Below are positions 18,435 to 28,062 of a DNA stretch of 55,375 nt, piece by piece. A model generated the notes under the pieces. It was not told where the DNA came from, made no database searches, and was given only the letters and a program-made list of their open reading frames with translations. Position numbers and translations under genes: made by a program. Each line of letters begins with the position of its first letter. The first letter of the stretch is position 1. The DNA is from an uncultured bacterium (GTDB lineage: Bacteria > Krumholzibacteriota > Krumholzibacteriia > Krumholzibacteriales > Krumholzibacteriaceae): positions 1-55,375 of the forward strand of contig CAZPAH010000004.1 of assembly GCA_964584495.1 (NCBI GenBank), given 5' to 3'.

Positions 18435-19631
18435 ATGAAAAAACTGTCGGGACTCACCGAGCGAGCCTTTCTCAATATTGCCTTGGCGGCCGCGCTGGCG
18501 GCCGCAGCCGCTTTCGCCGCCTGCGAAAGGAAAGAAGCGCCACCTGCACCGGGAAGGGGGGAAGAGAGGGTATCGGATGAAACCTTTCCGGTCCCTTCGA
18601 TAGAGTTTCTACCGGAACGTTATGTCTGCCGGAGGACCCTCGAACCGATCGATGTGGACGGGAAGTTGGACGAAGAATCGTGGGATAAGACTTTGTGGAC
18701 CTCCGATTTCGTGAATATAACCGGCATGGGCGCTACGCCGCCCGACAGGACCCATCTGAAAATGCTGTGGGATCAAGACTATCTCTATATAGGAGCGGAG
18801 ATATTCGAGCCCGATATCTGGGGGAATATGACCGGGCGCGACGCGGAGATTCATCTCGAGAACGACTTCGAGATCTTCATCGATCCCAACGGCGATTCGC
18901 ACGAGTACTACGAAATCGATGTGAACGCCCTCGGGACCGTGTCGGATCTTTTCATGGTAAGACCTTACCGTGACGGCGGCCCCGCGATCCGTTCATGGGA
19001 TATCCGGGGGCTCTTGCTGAAGGTGGATGCCGGGGGAACCGTCAACAGGCCGGGAGATACCGACACGGGCTGGACCTTCGAGGCAGCTATACCCTGGACG
19101 GTTCTTGCCGAGGGCGCCCACAGGAAGGTTCCTCCCGATGAGGGCGAGATATGGAGATTCAACTTCTGCCGCACCGAATGGCCGCTCGATGTCGAGGACG
19201 GAAAATATCTGAAAAAGACCGAATTTGAGACGGGCCAACCGATGAAGGAGATTATATCCAGCTGGTCGCCGCAGGGGATAGAGGACATGCACTACCCGGA
19301 GATGTGGGGATTCGTTATTTTCACGCATGCCGACCGGTACTACGCCGGCGGGCCTCCGACACCGGGGATGGAGGAAAAGGCGCAGTGGGCGATGAGAAGG
19401 CTCTATTATAGCGAGAAGACCCATTTTCTACAGTACGGCACCTACTCCCGCGATATCGGAGTGCTGGGCATGTCCGGCGAGGACGTGTACGGGTTCAGCT
19501 GGCCGCCGCGGATAGATACGACGGGCGATATGTTCGAAGCCGTCCTGGAGTCGGACGATGGAAGCATGAGGATTACGATCACAAATGACGGGAAGCTCGT
19601 TACCACCGTGACGGACAATCATTCGCAGTAA
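18435..19631 (+). CDS. CBM9-like (DOMON-type) carbohydrate-binding lipoprotein
   Basis: Lipobox FAAC; 'IDVDGKLDEESW', 'KMLWDQDYLY', 'FEIFIDP', 'WRFNFCR', 'MHYPEMWG'. Confidence 0.78.
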   Translation: MKKLSGLTERAFLNIALAAALAAAAAFAACERKEAPPAPGRGEERVSDETFPVPSIEFLPERYVCRRTLEPIDVDGKLDEESWDKTLWTSDFVNITGMGATPPDRTHLKMLWDQDYLYIGAEIFEPDIWGNMTGRDAEIHLENDFEIFIDPNGDSHEYYEIDVNALGTVSDLFMVRPYRDGGPAIRSWDIRGLLLKVDAGGTVNRPGDTDTGWTFEAAIPWTVLAEGAHRKVPPDEGEIWRFNFCRTEWPLDVEDGKYLKKTEFETGQPMKEIISSWSPQGIEDMHYPEMWGFVIFTHADRYYAGGPPTPGMEEKAQWAMRRLYYSEKTHFLQYGTYSRDIGVLGMSGEDVYGFSWPPRIDTTGDMFEAVLESDDGSMRITITNDGKLVTTVTDNHSQ

Positions 19632-20842
19632 AGCCGGATGATCCCGAGGATGACCTCCACGGCTTTCTCCATCGAAGCGGTCGGGATATACTCGTACTTG
19701 CCGTGGTAGTTGTGGCCCCCGGTAAATAGGTTGGGAGTAGGAAGTCCCATGTGGGATAGGTTGGCCCCGTCGGTGCCTCCCCTAATCGGCTTGATCTTCG
19801 GTTCGATGCCGGCTTCCTTTATCGCCTGTTCCGCCTTATCGACGACAAACATGACCGGTTCTATCTTTTCCCGCATGTTGAAATACTGATCTATAAGCTC
19901 GAGGTCGACGAGCTTCTTTCCGTGCTTGTGATTGAGAAACTCCACGATCTTCTCCATCAGTTTCTTCCTCGCCTCGAACTTGTTCCTGTCATGGTCCCTG
20001 ATAAGGTACTGCATCGCCGTATTCTCGACGTCGCCGCTCATCTTGATCAGGTGGAAGAAACCCTCGTACTTCTCTGTATAGAAAGGAGTCTCGTTTACCG
20101 GCAGAAGGGAGTTAAGCTCCATCGCTACGATCATCGAGTTGATCATCTGGTTCTTCGCGGTTCCCGGATGGACGTTCCTTCCCGTTATTTTTATAACGGC
20201 CTTGGCGGCGTTGAAATTCTCGTATTCGAGCTCTCCGATCTCTCCGCCGTCGAGCGTATAGGCCACATCGGCCCCGAACCTCGCGAGATCGAAGTGGTCC
20301 GTCCCGCGGCCGATCTCCTCGTCGGGAGTGAATGCGATCTTGATAGTTCCGTGCTCGATTTCCGGGTTGTCGACCAGGTGTTGTATCGCCGTCATGATTT
20401 CCGCTATCCCGGCCTTGTCGTCGGCGCCGAGAAGTGTGGTGCCGTCGGTGGTTATAAGGGTCTGTCCCACGTACTTGTTCAGTTCGGGAAAATCCGAGGG
20501 GGAAAGGACTACATTGAGAGCTGCGTCCAAAACGATATCCTTACCGTCGTAGTTTTCAACGAACCGGGCATTGACGCCTTCACCGGATATTTCGGGGCTG
20601 GTATCCATATGCGCTATCAGGCCTACGGTCGGAACCTTCCTGTCGACGTTGGAGGGAAAGGACGCCATCACGTATCCGTTCTCGTCGAGCGAAATGTCCT
20701 CGAGACCGAGCTCTTCCAGTTCTCCCACCAGTTTTCTGGCGAGATCGAGCTGTTTCGCCGTGCTGGGACTGGTCTTGGAATTCTCGTCGGAGCTCGTGTC
20801 TATCCTGCTGTACTCGATGAATTTTTTTACGACGTCCGTCAT
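19619..20842 (-). CDS. pepT: peptidase T (M20B tripeptide aminopeptidase)
   Basis: 'IAHMDT', 'LLGADDKAG', 'FTPDEEIG', 'PIRGGTDG', 'HGKYE'; start moved to ATG 20842. Confidence 0.95.
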   Translation of the reverse strand: MTDVVKKFIEYSRIDTSSDENSKTSPSTAKQLDLARKLVGELEELGLEDISLDENGYVMASFPSNVDRKVPTVGLIAHMDTSPEISGEGVNARFVENYDGKDIVLDAALNVVLSPSDFPELNKYVGQTLITTDGTTLLGADDKAGIAEIMTAIQHLVDNPEIEHGTIKIAFTPDEEIGRGTDHFDLARFGADVAYTLDGGEIGELEYENFNAAKAVIKITGRNVHPGTAKNQMINSMIVAMELNSLLPVNETPFYTEKYEGFFHLIKMSGDVENTAMQYLIRDHDRNKFEARKKLMEKIVEFLNHKHGKKLVDLELIDQYFNMREKIEPVMFVVDKAEQAIKEAGIEPKIKPIRGGTDGANLSHMGLPTPNLFTGGHNYHGKYEYIPTASMEKAVEVILGIIRLYCE

Positions 20843-21035
20843 TCTGCTCGCCTGCCTTTCATAATCCCCCTCAATGCGGCCTTTCCTCCGGGACATCGCC
20901 CGCCGGGCCTGTTGTCTATTAATAGTAAAATCGCGCCGATTCTTCAACAGCTATTATGGCGACTATAATCATGTTTAAGTTATTCCGGCGAGGGAGTATA
21001 CTCCCTTGGAGCATTTCCGCCAGGAAGGCATCGAT

Positions 21036-21644
21036 ATGGACTGCGATATCTACATTCCGGCGGGAGAGAGCCGCTGCGAGATCACGGTTAAGAACTCCCG
21101 CTTTATCGGGCACGCCTCGAGCGTTACTACCCCCGAGGAGGCGAGGAGAAGGATTTCCGAGGAACGCCTTGAAAATCCGGGTTGCACGCATGTGGTTTTC
21201 GCTTTTATTGTCGGGGGCAGGAACTCCGAGGTGGCCGGGATGAGCGATGACGGCGAACCGAAAGGCACTGCGGGAAGACCGGTCATGGAAGTGCTGAAGG
21301 GTAAAAGGGTGAGGAGGGTCCTTGTGACCGTGACCCGTTTCTTCGGAGGGACGAAACTGGGAACAGGAGGGCTGGTCAAGGCCTACTCGGAATGCGCGCG
21401 GAAGGTCCTGGAAGCCCTCCCGGTGGAGAAGCTGGTGGAGAGGGTCGGTTTCACGATGCAGCTTCCATACAACCTTCACGATAAGGTGAAGGCGGCCGTT
21501 CTCGGCGCGGGAGGCCGGATAGACACCGAGGATTTCGGCGATTCCGTCCTGCTGGAGGGAGACATCCCGGAAGAGGCGTATGGGGGCTGCCGGAAGGATA
21601 TAGAGGATATAACCAGGGGAACGGTCTTATTTCGGAAAAGGTAG
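21036..21644 (+). CDS. yigZ: YigZ/IMPACT family protein
   Basis: 'KNSRFI', 'SDDGEPKGTAG', 'VTRFFGGTKLGTGGL..AY'. Confidence 0.92.
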   Translation: MDCDIYIPAGESRCEITVKNSRFIGHASSVTTPEEARRRISEERLENPGCTHVVFAFIVGGRNSEVAGMSDDGEPKGTAGRPVMEVLKGKRVRRVLVTVTRFFGGTKLGTGGLVKAYSECARKVLEALPVEKLVERVGFTMQLPYNLHDKVKAAVLGAGGRIDTEDFGDSVLLEGDIPEEAYGGCRKDIEDITRGTVLFRKR

Positions 21645-21647
21645 CTG

Positions 21648-22316
21648 ATGGATCAAGCCGTAGAGACATTTACGATACTGCTGATGGTCGCGAACGGCAT
21701 CTTCTCGTGGAAGGGGTTCAATGACAGGAGCTTCTACGAGAGCAACGTTTTTGACGTAGGGCGTATCCTTCACGGCGATATCAAGAGGATCGTCAGCTCG
21801 GCGTTCCTGCATGCGAATATCGCGCACCTGGTTTTCAACATGCTGGCCCTCTACTCGTTCAGCATCGGGATAGGGAAGGTCTTCGGTTTCACCGACTATC
21901 TGCTGATCTATTTCGGCTCCCTTCTCGCCGGAAATATCCTCGCGCTGGTCATTCACAGGAACGATCCCGGCTACCGGGCTGTGGGGGCGTCGGGGGCGGT
22001 GAGCGGCGTGATTTTTTCCAGCATCGTGATGTTCCCGGGCGGATCGATAGCATTCCTGTTTCTCCCGTTCGCGATCCCCTCGTACCTTTTCGGGATACTG
22101 TTCGTGCTGATATCGATATATGGAATAAGGACGAGACTGGGGAATATAGGGCATGAGGCGCATCTCGGCGGGGCGATCGCGGGGGTTCTCATTACGATTG
22201 CCCTCGAGCCGGCTCTGGCGCGCATGCATCCCTTGCTGATAACGGGGCTTCTATTACCCACGACGGTTTTTCTCGTGCTGATGGTCTACAGGCCCGATCT
22301 GCTTAGGATCAGGTAG
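21648..22316 (+). CDS. rhomboid family intramembrane serine protease
   Basis: 'FLHA...HL.FNM', catalytic GASG, 'GHEAHLGG'. Confidence 0.92.
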   Translation: MDQAVETFTILLMVANGIFSWKGFNDRSFYESNVFDVGRILHGDIKRIVSSAFLHANIAHLVFNMLALYSFSIGIGKVFGFTDYLLIYFGSLLAGNILALVIHRNDPGYRAVGASGAVSGVIFSSIVMFPGGSIAFLFLPFAIPSYLFGILFVLISIYGIRTRLGNIGHEAHLGGAIAGVLITIALEPALARMHPLLITGLLLPTTVFLVLMVYRPDLLRIR

Positions 22317-22334
22317 ACGGAGGTTGGAGAATAG

Positions 22335-23240
22335 ATGGCAAAAAAGATTGGACTGGCGCTCGGCTCGGGGGGCGCCCGCGGACTTAGCGAGATCGGTGTG
22401 ATGCTCTGGCTGAAGGAGCGGGGGATCGATATTTTCTGCATCTCGGGGACATCCTTCGGAGCGATCCTCGGAGGCGCCCTGGCATCGGGGTATACGCCAG
22501 AATATCTGAGGGATGAGGCGGACAAGATCAAGTTGATCGACGTGATCAAGTACTTGAAGCTCTCCTTCAGCGGCAAGAGCGTGCTGGACTGGCACAAGGT
22601 CGGCGACTTTCTGAGGGAGAGATTCGGCGATAGAAAGATCGAGAATCTTAACATGCCGTTCGCATGCGTGGCATCGGATATCGATTCGGGCCAGGAATTC
22701 GTCTTTAAGGAGGGCGATCTAGTCCAGGCCGTCAGCGCGTCGGCTTCGATCCCGGGGATCTTTCCACCTGTCGAGGTCGGAGGGAGACACCTGGTCGATG
22801 GAGAGCTGGTGAACCCGGTTCCCCTCGATATCGCCCTCGAGCTGGGGGCCGACCTAGTGATAGGGGTGAACGCTTGCAGGTCGGTCTTCACCGAACGGAT
22901 ACATCACGATCCGGGCAGGAAATCGGTCGTTGAAAAGGTCGACGGATGGGTCAGGGAGAGTGTCGAGAAGAATCCTTTCAAGCACATATACGGCTTGTCC
23001 TATAAAGGTGCGGGGAAAGAGGGGATATCCTCCGATAAGAGACGGAGGAATATCATCGATGTCATTTCCGACAGCCTCGCCATCGTTTCATCGAGGATGC
23101 TGTCCTTCGAAAGACTGAAGTCGGGACCGCATTTCATGATCAGGCCGGAGGTGGGCTCATACCAGGATTTCGAATTCGACAAGGCCGAGGAGATCATTAA
23201 TATCGGATACGAGGAGACCGAGAGGAAGGGGAGGAATTGA
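22335..23240 (+). CDS. patatin-like phospholipase (RssA/NTE-like)
   Basis: GSGGARG oxyanion loop, GTSFG nucleophile elbow, ASASIPG; DGE in place of DGG. Confidence 0.88.
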   Translation: MAKKIGLALGSGGARGLSEIGVMLWLKERGIDIFCISGTSFGAILGGALASGYTPEYLRDEADKIKLIDVIKYLKLSFSGKSVLDWHKVGDFLRERFGDRKIENLNMPFACVASDIDSGQEFVFKEGDLVQAVSASASIPGIFPPVEVGGRHLVDGELVNPVPLDIALELGADLVIGVNACRSVFTERIHHDPGRKSVVEKVDGWVRESVEKNPFKHIYGLSYKGAGKEGISSDKRRRNIIDVISDSLAIVSSRMLSFERLKSGPHFMIRPEVGSYQDFEFDKAEEIINIGYEETERKGRN

Positions 23241-23321
23241 TGCGGTTCCTGGGAGTATGAGGTTCGACCGGCCGGCTTCGATTGCCCGGACCGGAGGAGA
23301 GGAGTGAATAGAATATAGCTT

Positions 23322-23897
23322 ATGGATGCTGATCAGGCTTTACGTAGATTGATAGAGGGTAACAGGAGGTTCACGGCCGGGGCTATGGAAGGTCACGGCA
23401 GGGACGCTCGGCGCAGGAGCGAGACGGTTTCCGGCCAGAGCCCCTTTGCCGTCGTCCTGACCTGTTCCGATTCGAGGGTAGTACCCGAGATCGTTTTCGA
23501 CGCGGGGATAGGCGATATCTTCGTTCTTCGCGTCGCCGGGAACGTTGTCGACGATCTAGTTCTCGGGAGCATCGAGTACGCGGTTTCGCATCTCGGAGTT
23601 TCCCTCGTCATGGTTCTGGGGCACAACGACTGCGGCGCCGTCAACGCCGCGATAGAAGCCGGGGAAGCTTCCGGTCACACCGGAACCTTCATAGAGGCTA
23701 TACGGCCGGCTGTCAGGGAAGCCGAAAAATCGGGCGGAGACGTCAGGATGAATTCGGTTATGGCGAACGTGAGGTTGACCGCCGAGCGCCTGGAATCTTC
23801 CGGCCCCGTGCTGGACGGGCTGGTCTCGGAGGGAAAGATCGAGATCGTCCAGGCTCTCTACGATCTCGAGAGCGGCGAAGTGGAGATGCTGGAGTGA
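23322..23897 (+). CDS. beta-class carbonic anhydrase
   Basis: CSDSRV, 'RVAGN', 'SIEYAV', GHNDCG zinc ligands. Confidence 0.94.
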   Translation: MDADQALRRLIEGNRRFTAGAMEGHGRDARRRSETVSGQSPFAVVLTCSDSRVVPEIVFDAGIGDIFVLRVAGNVVDDLVLGSIEYAVSHLGVSLVMVLGHNDCGAVNAAIEAGEASGHTGTFIEAIRPAVREAEKSGGDVRMNSVMANVRLTAERLESSGPVLDGLVSEGKIEIVQALYDLESGEVEMLE

Positions 23898-23939
23898 AAA
23901 CTCCGGAGCGCCGGGCTTAATGCGGGTGCCGCCCTTCTG

Positions 23940-26900
23940 TTACCGAAGAAGAACGAGCCGTCTGCTGACCGAGTAGATTCCCGTCTTGAGCCGGCAGAAG
24001 TATACGCCGCTGGCGGCCGTTCTCCCGCGCGAGTCGCGCCCGTCCCATATGACACTGTGGCCGCCGCTTTCCTGGACCTCGTCGACAAGGATCCGGACCG
24101 GCCTTCCGGTAACATCGTATATCGCGAGAGATACCCTCGAGCGGGAGGCCGTTTCGTAGGCGATTCTCGTCGATGGATTGAACGGGTTCGGATAAGCCGG
24201 CTTCAGGGCATTGACATAAGAAGCGGCTGGAGGGTCTTCACCGGTGACATGCTCGGTCGTCAGCTCGATATCGTCGATGTACCATCCCTCGAATCCGTAC
24301 TGCTCGTCGCTGGCGAAATGGAACCGGAGAAGCACGGGTCCGTGCCACCCGGACAGGTCGAATGTCTCCATCGTCCAGCCGATACTTCCCGAGTAACATC
24401 TCTGGTAGGCGCTGAGGAAGATCGTGTTGGATGAGCTTGCCCTGCAGGGATACGTCCCCGAGGGATTGATAATCGTCCATGTCTTTCCGCCGTCGGTGGA
24501 TATTTCGACGACCGAAGCGTCACTGGCCCAGTACGGATATGTCTCGCCGGCTTCGGCTTCCATCTTGTGCCAGAAGCTGAAGACGGAATTTTCGTAGAGG
24601 CAGAGCGGAGGGGTGACGAGCACCGCCTCCATCATGTTCGGGTAGAGCCCGCCGTTTGTGGAGCCGCACTTCCAGCTCGAAGGCGCCGAATGGTAATCCT
24701 GTCCGCTCAGATGCCATCCGTCCACGCCGATGATAGAGCTGTGGTCCCACGGTTCCTCGATGAGGACTTCGTCGCTCAGGCCCGAGCCGCACGATTTGAG
24801 AGTTATAAGCTCGGTGTGGGGATCGATATTCTTGCCGGAAAGGGTGAGAAATACGGTGAGATCGGAGAAGGGGGGTGTGGTTTCCCTGACGAAGAAGACG
24901 AGGCGACCCTCCGAGGAGACTGTGGATCCGGCCGGGATATCGGGCAGCTCTTCGGCGACGGTGATCGGTTTGACCCATCCCCCCTCGGGGCATTCGATCG
25001 TCAGAACCGGTGATAGAATATCTATGGACCCCATGTTGCTCCACGTGCTGTGGAGATTCTCGAATTCCCACGAATCGATGCAGCCGTTTCCGTTGCCGTT
25101 GAGGGTGTCCGCGATCGAGAACGAGTTCATTATCAGGCCGGGGGCGTTGACGGTCAATGAATGGTACGAGTTCCACTGGTTATCGATGGTAGTAATATTG
25201 AATGCGAGATTGAGGCAGTACCCGTCAGGAATCGAGCCGTCGACTTCGAAAAGGAACGCCTTCTCCAGTATTATGACGGCCCTGACCGGGATATCGCCGA
25301 TCGGGCGGGAGGAGGTCGTTACCGATATATATTCGCCGGGACAGGAGAGATTGACACGCGTATCGCGCGCGACCGCGGTCCCCGTATTCTTTACCGCTAT
25401 GTCCAATTCTATCGTCTCGCCGCTTTCTATGATTCCGTCCCCGTCCCCCCAGCTCGCTCCGACGGTGTCGTCGTCGACGGCGAAATAGATAAGCTCCGGG
25501 CGGGCTTTGGAAAGGCTGTCGACGCTGATCGTAGCGTTGTAGAGGTAATGGTTGCCGGCCTGCACCGATAGAAGGAGATCCCTTTTAGAATCGAGGCAGG
25601 TCTCCAGGCTGACCGCGCCTGAAGGATCCGTGTACCGTGACAGATAGAAGTAGGGATCATCGCCGTAGAGGGAGACCCGCGCTCCCTCCAGGGGACCATC
25701 GATATCGGCGACCCCGACCACGAAGGAATTGTTGCCTATGGCGATGATGCTGTCGTGCGTGACGGCGAGGTAGGTCGGGGTATCGGTCCAGACATGCATC
25801 GCCGGATCCCCCAGCAGGCACATCTCGTACATTACATAGAGCACCGCCGCGTAATCGACGAATGGGATGTTGTCGATCCTCGAGTCGTCGAAAGCCCTGC
25901 CGATCTCCGTGATGCCTTCGCCGAAAAGGGCGTCGAAAAACTGCCTATCGAAGAACTGGGATACACCGCACGTCGAGCCGGGGGAATCCCAGCCGAGCCT
26001 TGTATTCCCGATGAAGGCCACCGCTCCGGCCGGACCGTTGACCAGCTGTTCGCCGATGGCGTCGTCGACAAAGTAGGCGCCAGCATTATCCCTGTTATCG
26101 AAGGCGCCGGCGAAGCATCCCTGCGAGTAGAGGACGAAGGGCATCTCGCCGGTCCCCGCGTTGGTGAGGGAAGGGACATCCCATGTCGCGATCCTCATGA
26201 TATTGTGCAATCCGCCATGCCCGAGATGGTTTACGATGTTCACCCCGGCGTTCAGCAGCGGCAGGACATGCGTCGCGTTCCACGTGAAGCCTATATCGCG
26301 GTCGTAGAGGGTCGATATGCCGATCGATCCGTCGATGGCCGCGGTGGTGAAACCGTATTCGGATGAGCCGTAAATTATCTCGTCCTTGTAATCCCCTCCC
26401 CACGTTATTTCCCCCTCGATATCCCAGAGGAGCTCCCCGAGCATCAGGGCGGTTGCCGGGACTCCCTCCGGCGGTGAGATCGAGTAGACGAGGAGCTTGT
26501 TGTAGAAATTGTCGACCTCGTCCGCGTTCGATACGGGCAATCTGCCCAGAACGACCTCGGGTATCAGGTCCTCTTCGCCCGGTTCGCCGTAATATGCGTC
26601 CCCGTCGCCGTTCCAGTTTCCGTCGAGGGCCGCGTAATAAAGATCGGAGGCTATATCAGGTTCGATCTCGCTGCCCGCTTTAACGTACAACGACCTGTGT
26701 GGGATGATCTCTACGTCGCCCCCTAGAAGAACGTACTCGGTCTGTCGGTTCTGCCTGTAGTCGGCTATGAAGTTGCGGATCTTCTCCTGGATATCGGCGC
26801 CCGAATAGAGCGCCGATATCGAATCGGTGGTGACTATAGCGGCCGCCAGCCCCTCCTGGGTCTTCAGTGCGGCCAGCGGTTGGAACGAGGGGGCGAGCGA

Positions 26901-27605
26901 GGAGCTCGTGATAATGATGTAGGGAATCTGCGGCAGCCCCGATGTCTGGGGGCCGGGTGCGGCGTCGTTCGGGCCGTATGCCGAGGCGGCCCCGGGATTT
27001 TGGACGCTCAACGCGGACGGAAGGACAAGGCTTCCCGCTCGGCCCGGTGTCCGGTACGAGGCGCGGTCCGGAGCGGGACGGGTCTCTATCGTTATCCTCA
27101 CGGATGAGGCGAATGTCACGGTTCCGCTCGAGGGCACTACCCTGCAGGGGTATATATTCACGAACGCCAGGGCGCACCCCGAAATCTTCTGTTCTGAAAC
27201 GAGCTCGCCGGAGGATGCGGGGTAGAGGGACGAAGATTCGTAGACCGGTACCGACCTTTCACCGGGCCTTGGTGCGGTTGCCTGATGTCCCCGTCCCAAG
27301 GCATACTGCCGCGGCATCGGTGCTATATCGAGCGGATCTGCCAGATTCACCGTCTCCCCGGCTTCGACTGTAACGCCGGAGACGGTTTCCCCGGGCGGCA
27401 GAATGAAGGAGGCCGCGTACACGGGGATCATCGGCTCTCCCGGATGTCCGATAGTCCGGCATCCGGGGATCTCGATGACGGTCCCTTGGGCCGTCTGCCT
27501 GTAGCTCGGTTTCTCGAACCTGATCGTTTTTTCGAGCGTGGCAGACGTTGATTCTCCAGCCAGAAAAAGCACCGCAAGGAATACTGTAGTAACTCTTGTC
27601 GACAT
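23940..27605 (-). CDS. C25 family (gingipain-like) cysteine peptidase with propeptide and C-terminal FlgD-Ig/T9SS-type domain
   Basis: Signal peptide; propeptide 'G.PMIPV....FILP'; 'YVLLGGD', 'SDLYYA', 'GRLP', 'NHLGHG', 'YSQGC', 'LLGDP'; tail 'AYPNPFNP...IYDVTGR.VR...WDGRD...ASGVYF'. Confidence 0.88.
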   Translation of the reverse strand: MSTRVTTVFLAVLFLAGESTSATLEKTIRFEKPSYRQTAQGTVIEIPGCRTIGHPGEPMIPVYAASFILPPGETVSGVTVEAGETVNLADPLDIAPMPRQYALGRGHQATAPRPGERSVPVYESSSLYPASSGELVSEQKISGCALAFVNIYPCRVVPSSGTVTFASSVRITIETRPAPDRASYRTPGRAGSLVLPSALSVQNPGAASAYGPNDAAPGPQTSGLPQIPYIIITSSSLAPSFQPLAALKTQEGLAAAIVTTDSISALYSGADIQEKIRNFIADYRQNRQTEYVLLGGDVEIIPHRSLYVKAGSEIEPDIASDLYYAALDGNWNGDGDAYYGEPGEEDLIPEVVLGRLPVSNADEVDNFYNKLLVYSISPPEGVPATALMLGELLWDIEGEITWGGDYKDEIIYGSSEYGFTTAAIDGSIGISTLYDRDIGFTWNATHVLPLLNAGVNIVNHLGHGGLHNIMRIATWDVPSLTNAGTGEMPFVLYSQGCFAGAFDNRDNAGAYFVDDAIGEQLVNGPAGAVAFIGNTRLGWDSPGSTCGVSQFFDRQFFDALFGEGITEIGRAFDDSRIDNIPFVDYAAVLYVMYEMCLLGDPAMHVWTDTPTYLAVTHDSIIAIGNNSFVVGVADIDGPLEGARVSLYGDDPYFYLSRYTDPSGAVSLETCLDSKRDLLLSVQAGNHYLYNATISVDSLSKARPELIYFAVDDDTVGASWGDGDGIIESGETIELDIAVKNTGTAVARDTRVNLSCPGEYISVTTSSRPIGDIPVRAVIILEKAFLFEVDGSIPDGYCLNLAFNITTIDNQWNSYHSLTVNAPGLIMNSFSIADTLNGNGNGCIDSWEFENLHSTWSNMGSIDILSPVLTIECPEGGWVKPITVAEELPDIPAGSTVSSEGRLVFFVRETTPPFSDLTVFLTLSGKNIDPHTELITLKSCGSGLSDEVLIEEPWDHSSIIGVDGWHLSGQDYHSAPSSWKCGSTNGGLYPNMMEAVLVTPPLCLYENSVFSFWHKMEAEAGETYPYWASDASVVEISTDGGKTWTIINPSGTYPCRASSSNTIFLSAYQRCYSGSIGWTMETFDLSGWHGPVLLRFHFASDEQYGFEGWYIDDIELTTEHVTGEDPPAASYVNALKPAYPNPFNPSTRIAYETASRSRVSLAIYDVTGRPVRILVDEVQESGGHSVIWDGRDSRGRTAASGVYFCRLKTGIYSVSRRLVLLR

Positions 27606-27653
27606 CTCTGTTTTCTTGTGGCGTGCAGCAGGCTACTTCCAAAATATCCGATT

Positions 27654-27663
27654 CATTATACCA
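27654..27663 (-). promoter_or_regulatory. extended -10 element (TG-G-TATAAT) for the C25 peptidase
   Basis: Minus strand TGGTATAATG about 50 nt upstream of the start codon. Confidence 0.45.
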
Positions 27664-27766
27664 TATCAAAGATAGTGCAGGAAACTGTTTTTACTGGATC
27701 GGTATCCGGGTATAAAGTAATATTTTCCAGTCGTCTTTTTATAGGCCGGATTATCGAAAGGTCTTC

Positions 27767-28042
27767 GTGAATAGAAGGGTACGAATAGTGGTCAGGGGGA
27801 TCGTCCAGGGTGTAGGGTTCCGTTTCTTTGCTAAGCTGACCGCGGCCAGGCTGTCGTTGACCGGGTTCGTTCGCAACAAGCCCGACGGATCGGTCGAGGC
27901 CGAGGCGGAGGGCGATAAGGAGGCCGTGGATCTCTTCATCGAGGAGATCTCGAGGGGGCCCTCTTCGGGCCGCGTCACGCAAATAGATGTGGAGGATCTT
28001 CCCACCGGGGGTAACCGCACGGGTTTTGATATTGATTTCTAG
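27767..28042 (+). CDS. acyP: acylphosphatase
   Basis: 'GIVQGVGFR', 'GFVRN..DGSVE..AEG'; GTG start. Confidence 0.94.
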   Translation: MNRRVRIVVRGIVQGVGFRFFAKLTAARLSLTGFVRNKPDGSVEAEAEGDKEAVDLFIEEISRGPSSGRVTQIDVEDLPTGGNRTGFDIDF

Positions 28043-28062
28043 GCGTAAAAGGGGATGTTTTC

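Noticed and set aside
18484-18520. GGCGGCCGC tandem repeat
   Set aside because: It simply encodes the poly-Ala h-region of a signal peptide.
19619-19631. 13-nt convergent overlap of pepT and the CBM9-like gene
   Set aside because: Short tail-to-tail overlaps are common in compact genomes.
23255-23275. GGTTCGACC resembling a tRNA T-loop (selC was specifically looked for)
   Set aside because: No acceptor stem, D-arm or anticodon arm can be built around it.
1225-27682. 11-mer ATAGTGCAGGA present in two intergenic regions (about 1225 and 27672)
   Set aside because: It is non-palindromic, occurs only twice, and one or two such matches are expected by chance among a few kb of intergenic DNA.
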